NCBI GenBank assembly: GCA_038867615.1
Contig: JAWBYA010000001.1
Span: forward strand, 352,001-416,000
DNA length: 64,000 nt
Source: Sulfolobales archaeon
Lineage (GTDB): Archaea > Thermoproteota > Thermoprotei_A > Sulfolobales > AG1
Direction: 5' to 3'
Shown: positions 60,229-64,000 of the stretch, piece after piece
Layout: each line of letters opens with the position of its first letter
How positions within the stretch are numbered: the first letter of the stretch is position 1
Position numbers and translations under genes: made by a program
Notes under the pieces: generated by a model
What the model was told of the DNA's origin: nothing
What the model saw: only the letters and a program-made list of their open reading frames with translations
The model's database searches: none

Positions 60229-62063
60229 CTAGACCTCCTTCTCATAAGCGCTATTGCTACACCCACCACAACCAGAATTGCTATTATCACCGCCACCATG
60301 GTTGTATCTATCGCTTGCTCCGGCCGTGGTGTTGCTGGTGTCGTTACCTGCGGTGTTGTTTGTGGTGTTGTTATCTGGGGCGTTGGTGTTACCTCTGGTT
60401 TGAGGATCACTATTCCTGCTGAAGCGTTAGCCTTGAGTCCTATGGAGTCTGTACAGCTCAGCGTGATATTGATGATCCCTGGGTTTGTGAATGTATATGT
60501 TATGCTTGTTCCGCTCATGGATTTTTCTTCTATTCTCCATTCACAGGCATAGGGGGGAGTACCGCCCTCTATGACGGCTGTCAGTGTTGCTGTGAATGGT
60601 GCTGTTCCTGCTAGTGGTGATTTTACCGATACAGAGAATGTCTTGGGATAGGGTTTATAGCTTGTCAGGATTCTTGGGGCAACCTTTTCGGGTGGTATTG
60701 TTGCTATATATTCACCTATTGTGAGACCATATGTATCAGAGTTAGGATCATTGTCTACTATATATCTAACTATATAGAATGGTCTTAGAGCCTGGTGATC
60801 CTCAGGCCTTATGGTTGTGATCCCCATGGGGGTTTCAAGCGTTAGTCCCTCTAGGAAGGCTATCATCCTGTCCACGTTGAGATCAGGTACCGCCTTGATC
60901 GCTTCGACTATGAATTGGGCTGTTGCGAAGGCGGGCGGGTGCCATAGATCTGGGACTCTCGCTCCTGAGAGCTTATCTAGGGCCTTGCACGGGTTGCCCT
61001 TTAGGAAGTCGTATGGGTAGAGGTTCTCCTCCTTCATCATCTTCTCAAGCACTCCATATAGAGGGGTCTGGCTGGCTCTGTTTCTCACATAGGCATCATA
61101 GGTGACTGCTGTGATGTTAATCAGGGATCCTTGGACCCCTGGTACACAGTTATTTATATAGTTTGTTGTGAAGAGATCTATCATGACGCTGGCCAGCGGT
61201 ATTCTCCCAAGCATGTTGAGGGCTGAGAGATCCCTTATTATTAGGCTGAAATCGCCTGCCCATATTATCCCCAGCACCTCTGGGTTGGAGGCGTTTATCC
61301 TTAGTAGGTAGGGCTTAAAGTCTGTCGCTGTTAGGGGTACCCATTCAAGGGCGACAATCCTTGTTCCAGGGTATTTGGAGAGTGCTGCCTGTATCGACTC
61401 CATATATGACCAGCCGAACTCGTAATCAGCTGCTAGGAAGGCGAATCTCTTGTACCCTAGATTCTCAACCATGAAGTAGGTCATGGCTGCTGCATCCTGG
61501 TCGGTGTTCCTTGCAACTCTGAATACGTATTTATTAAACACAGGATCTTGTGTTATTGATGCAGCGGCTGCTGGGAATACGAAGTATAGCTTCTTATACT
61601 GTTTAGCTATTGAGGCTAGGGTTACTGCGAGGCTGCTGAATGTCTCTCCTGCTAGTATGTCTGCTCCCCACTCCTCTATGGCCTCCCTAGCCTTGGATAT
61701 GGCTACATCGGACTTCCCCTGTGTGTCGAACACTTTGACAACGATCCTCCTACCGTCTGGGAGGCTGTATGAGGCCTCCTTAAGCCCCATTAAGAGTGCG
61801 AGATTCTCGGGTTTTTTATCACCTGTAGCGTATTCTAGGCCTAGGTGGAAGCCCTGTATAGCCCATGTTCCATAGAAGTTCAGGGCAGGGGCTGTTCTGG
61901 GTTGGAAGAGTGCTATCTTGATCGTGGTTTTAGGGGCTTGGGCTGTTGCTACATCGGCTAGGGCTACCAATGCTGCTGCTAGGAGTATGGCTGTTATTGC
62001 CAGGGATCCTATTTGTTTTAACCTATATCGAGACTTATACCATATACCCACGGAACCTACCAT
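60225..62063 (-). CDS. Liv-type ABC substrate-binding protein with PKD-like domain, Thr/Pro stalk and C-terminal TM anchor
   Basis: Signal peptide, GLEYAT, ADYEFG, IRPEDHQA, then GGTPPY..W...YTFTNPG...TDS, TTPQ repeats and a TM helix ending RRRSR. Confidence 0.85.
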   Translation of the reverse strand: MVGSVGIWYKSRYRLKQIGSLAITAILLAAALVALADVATAQAPKTTIKIALFQPRTAPALNFYGTWAIQGFHLGLEYATGDKKPENLALLMGLKEASYSLPDGRRIVVKVFDTQGKSDVAISKAREAIEEWGADILAGETFSSLAVTLASIAKQYKKLYFVFPAAAASITQDPVFNKYVFRVARNTDQDAAAMTYFMVENLGYKRFAFLAADYEFGWSYMESIQAALSKYPGTRIVALEWVPLTATDFKPYLLRINASNPEVLGIIWAGDFSLIIRDLSALNMLGRIPLASVMIDLFTTNYINNCVPGVQGSLINITAVTYDAYVRNRASQTPLYGVLEKMMKEENLYPYDFLKGNPCKALDKLSGARVPDLWHPPAFATAQFIVEAIKAVPDLNVDRMIAFLEGLTLETPMGITTIRPEDHQALRPFYIVRYIVDNDPNSDTYGLTIGEYIATIPPEKVAPRILTSYKPYPKTFSVSVKSPLAGTAPFTATLTAVIEGGTPPYACEWRIEEKSMSGTSITYTFTNPGIINITLSCTDSIGLKANASAGIVILKPEVTPTPQITTPQTTPQVTTPATPRPEQAIDTTMVAVIIAILVVVGVAIALMRRRSR

Positions 62064-62067
62064 ATTC

Positions 62068-62952
62068 TCACCTCCTTACAAAAGGCAGATCCAGGGTTTC
62101 TCCGTTAATCATCATGGGTTCCTTTACGGGTTCGTATTCTCCTCTCTCAACTGCTGCTATGAATCTCCTCACAATGTTGTTGAACTCCCTAGCCCTCTCT
62201 ATATTAACCACATGCCCGGCTCCTTTGAATATTATTAGTGTTGAGTTCTTGATCTTTGAGTATAGCTTGAACGCGTTGGATAGGGGGACTACTCTATCAG
62301 CCTCTCCATGTATTATTAGCACCGGGCATTCTATCCTCGATACAGAGGCTGAGGCGTCGAAACCCAGTATAGCCATGGTCTGGTTCATGTAGGCATCATA
62401 GGGTTGTGGCTCTCTAACTCTAAGATCTATTAGTTTCTCGAAGAGATCCTTGTTGCTCTCGATCCATGTTTTTGATAGTGCGTAGCTCATCTTATACCTA
62501 TATAGATCCTTCTCATCCTTAATATGGGGAGGCGGGGGTCCATACATGGCTTTCAGCGTCTCATCGGGGGGTCTCTCTATATCTTTACCCCCGTGATGTG
62601 TAGCCACGAGTATTAGTGATCTAACCCTCTCTGGGTATTTCAGGGCGAACTGCTGTGCTATCATCCCTCCCATCGATACACCGAGTATGTGTGCCGATGC
62701 TACACTTAGGTTGTCGAGCACTGTTTTTAGATCTTCGGCGAAGAGATCCATGGTGTAGGGGTATTGCGGCTTATCAGACTTCCCAACGCCTCGGTTGTCA
62801 AATGCTATTACCATATGGTCTCTGGATAGATCCTCGATCTGTAGGATCCACATCCACATAGCGTATCCAAGCCCTTCAACGAGGGTTAGTGGGGGGCCTG
62901 AGCCCCTCACTTCATAGTAGATCCTGGCGTCACGGGATACTACGTATGGCAT
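62068..62952 (-). CDS. Alpha/beta hydrolase
   Basis: FDNRGVGKSD, GVSMGG nucleophile elbow, HGEAD and AGH. Confidence 0.88.
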   Translation of the reverse strand: MPYVVSRDARIYYEVRGSGPPLTLVEGLGYAMWMWILQIEDLSRDHMVIAFDNRGVGKSDKPQYPYTMDLFAEDLKTVLDNLSVASAHILGVSMGGMIAQQFALKYPERVRSLILVATHHGGKDIERPPDETLKAMYGPPPPHIKDEKDLYRYKMSYALSKTWIESNKDLFEKLIDLRVREPQPYDAYMNQTMAILGFDASASVSRIECPVLIIHGEADRVVPLSNAFKLYSKIKNSTLIIFKGAGHVVNIERAREFNNIVRRFIAAVERGEYEPVKEPMMINGETLDLPFVRR

Positions 62953-63960
62953 TCATCCCCACCTCAGTACGGTGGCTCCCCATAAGAAACCGGTACCCCC
63001 TGATGCTAGGACCACTACTGAGCCGTCCTTGACGAGGCCTTTTTTGATCCCTATATCCAGTCCTATAATCATGTCACTACTCTGTGTGTGTCCATAGTCC
63101 TCGAGATATGGTGCTTTTGCCTCCTCTAGGCCGAGTTCTCTCACAATCTCTCTGTGGAAGCTTCTCTTCATATGGTTGATCACCAAGAGATCTACGTCCT
63201 TAACCGTATACCCACTCCTATCTAGGGCTTCTCTTATTACTCTAACGAAGTTCTCTTTGCTTGTTCTTGAGAGGTCGCTTCTCACCTGGTCCTTATCGAT
63301 CAAGCTATCGAAGTAAGGCCTCTCTATGTATTCCGGGTTCTTGTTATCTCTGAATATAATAGCGCCGAGGGACTTTACAACAACCATGTTCCAGAACCTC
63401 CCATCGCTTATAAAAGAGCTCTCAAGCACTCTGTTCCTCGTATATGATCTAGATACTACTACTGCTGAGGCGCCGTCAGCAAAGTCGGAGATCCAGGTGG
63501 TGTTGGGGTTCTTATAATTAACTAGGTAGGATTCCTTAGATGCTGCTACTAATAATATGTTCTCGGCAAGATCACTGATCCTCTTGGCTATGGCGAGCCC
63601 CACAACATGGCCAACACACATAGCGACTATGTCAAAGGCGAAGGCGTTCTTAGCTCCAAGGGCATCCTGGATTCTTGTTGACATCATCCACACGCCATAG
63701 TCTTTAAACTCGCTACCAACATAGAGAATAGCCCTTATATCGTCGGGCCCGATCCCTAGTTTCTCTGATCCCTCTATGGCGTTTGCGACAGCCTTTATAG
63801 CCATCTCAGAGGGCATTTCATGGTGATCACTGATCCTCTTGATCCTCCACCCCTGTTTCTCCTCGATAACCTCTTTCGGGATCCCGGATACTCTTGATAT
63901 TTCATGGCTAGTAATTACACGCTCTGGCAGGTATATTCCATAACTAACTATCCCAATCAT
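62953..63960 (-). CDS. FabH/KAS III-like thiolase-fold condensing enzyme
   Basis: YGIYLP, AFDIVAMC, FADGASA, INHM, YGHTQS and GTGFLWGATVLRWG. Confidence 0.85.
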   Translation of the reverse strand: MIGIVSYGIYLPERVITSHEISRVSGIPKEVIEEKQGWRIKRISDHHEMPSEMAIKAVANAIEGSEKLGIGPDDIRAILYVGSEFKDYGVWMMSTRIQDALGAKNAFAFDIVAMCVGHVVGLAIAKRISDLAENILLVAASKESYLVNYKNPNTTWISDFADGASAVVVSRSYTRNRVLESSFISDGRFWNMVVVKSLGAIIFRDNKNPEYIERPYFDSLIDKDQVRSDLSRTSKENFVRVIREALDRSGYTVKDVDLLVINHMKRSFHREIVRELGLEEAKAPYLEDYGHTQSSDMIIGLDIGIKKGLVKDGSVVVLASGGTGFLWGATVLRWG

Positions 63961-64000
63961 GAAAAATAACTCCCTACATAGTGACTCACTAGTAAGAATA

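Noticed and set aside
1-64000. CRISPR array, rRNA or tRNA genes
   Set aside because: I saw no regularly spaced 24-40 bp repeats, cloverleaf/T-loop signatures or long GC-rich structural RNA in the intergenic gaps. A covariance search was not possible.

Overview
A gene-dense 64 kb segment that reads as a chromosome of a thermophilic archaeon, probably Thermoproteota (Desulfurococcales/Sulfolobales-like). This is inferred from PaREP1, a sulfocyanin, archaeal-type PorCDAB, an archaeal MiaB-like enzyme, frequent TTG starts and GGTGA/GAGGTG ribosome-binding motifs. Most of it is heterotrophic metabolism: GlcNAc use (GH84, NagA, BadF-type kinase), one peptide ABC and two Liv-type ABC transporters, a 4-subunit 2-oxoacid:ferredoxin oxidoreductase, hemB-hemL-hemC-cobA, acyl-CoA enzymes and a FabH-like KAS III operon. 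It also carries Mn-catalase, two toxin-antitoxin pairs, a DHDPS-family pseudogene and a probable decayed tnpB end. I found no rRNA, tRNA or CRISPR array. The best novelty candidate is an AT-rich island at about 19.2-22.5 kb. It encodes a secreted precursor (signal peptide, Cys-less rhodanese domain, spacer, GG, then a 78-aa hydrophobic tail with 14 Cys, reminiscent of halocin C8). Downstream lies a rearranged tandem array of small two-helix membrane proteins, and one duplication also copied the last 8 codons of the precursor. This fits an archaeocin plus immunity-array system, but that function is inference.
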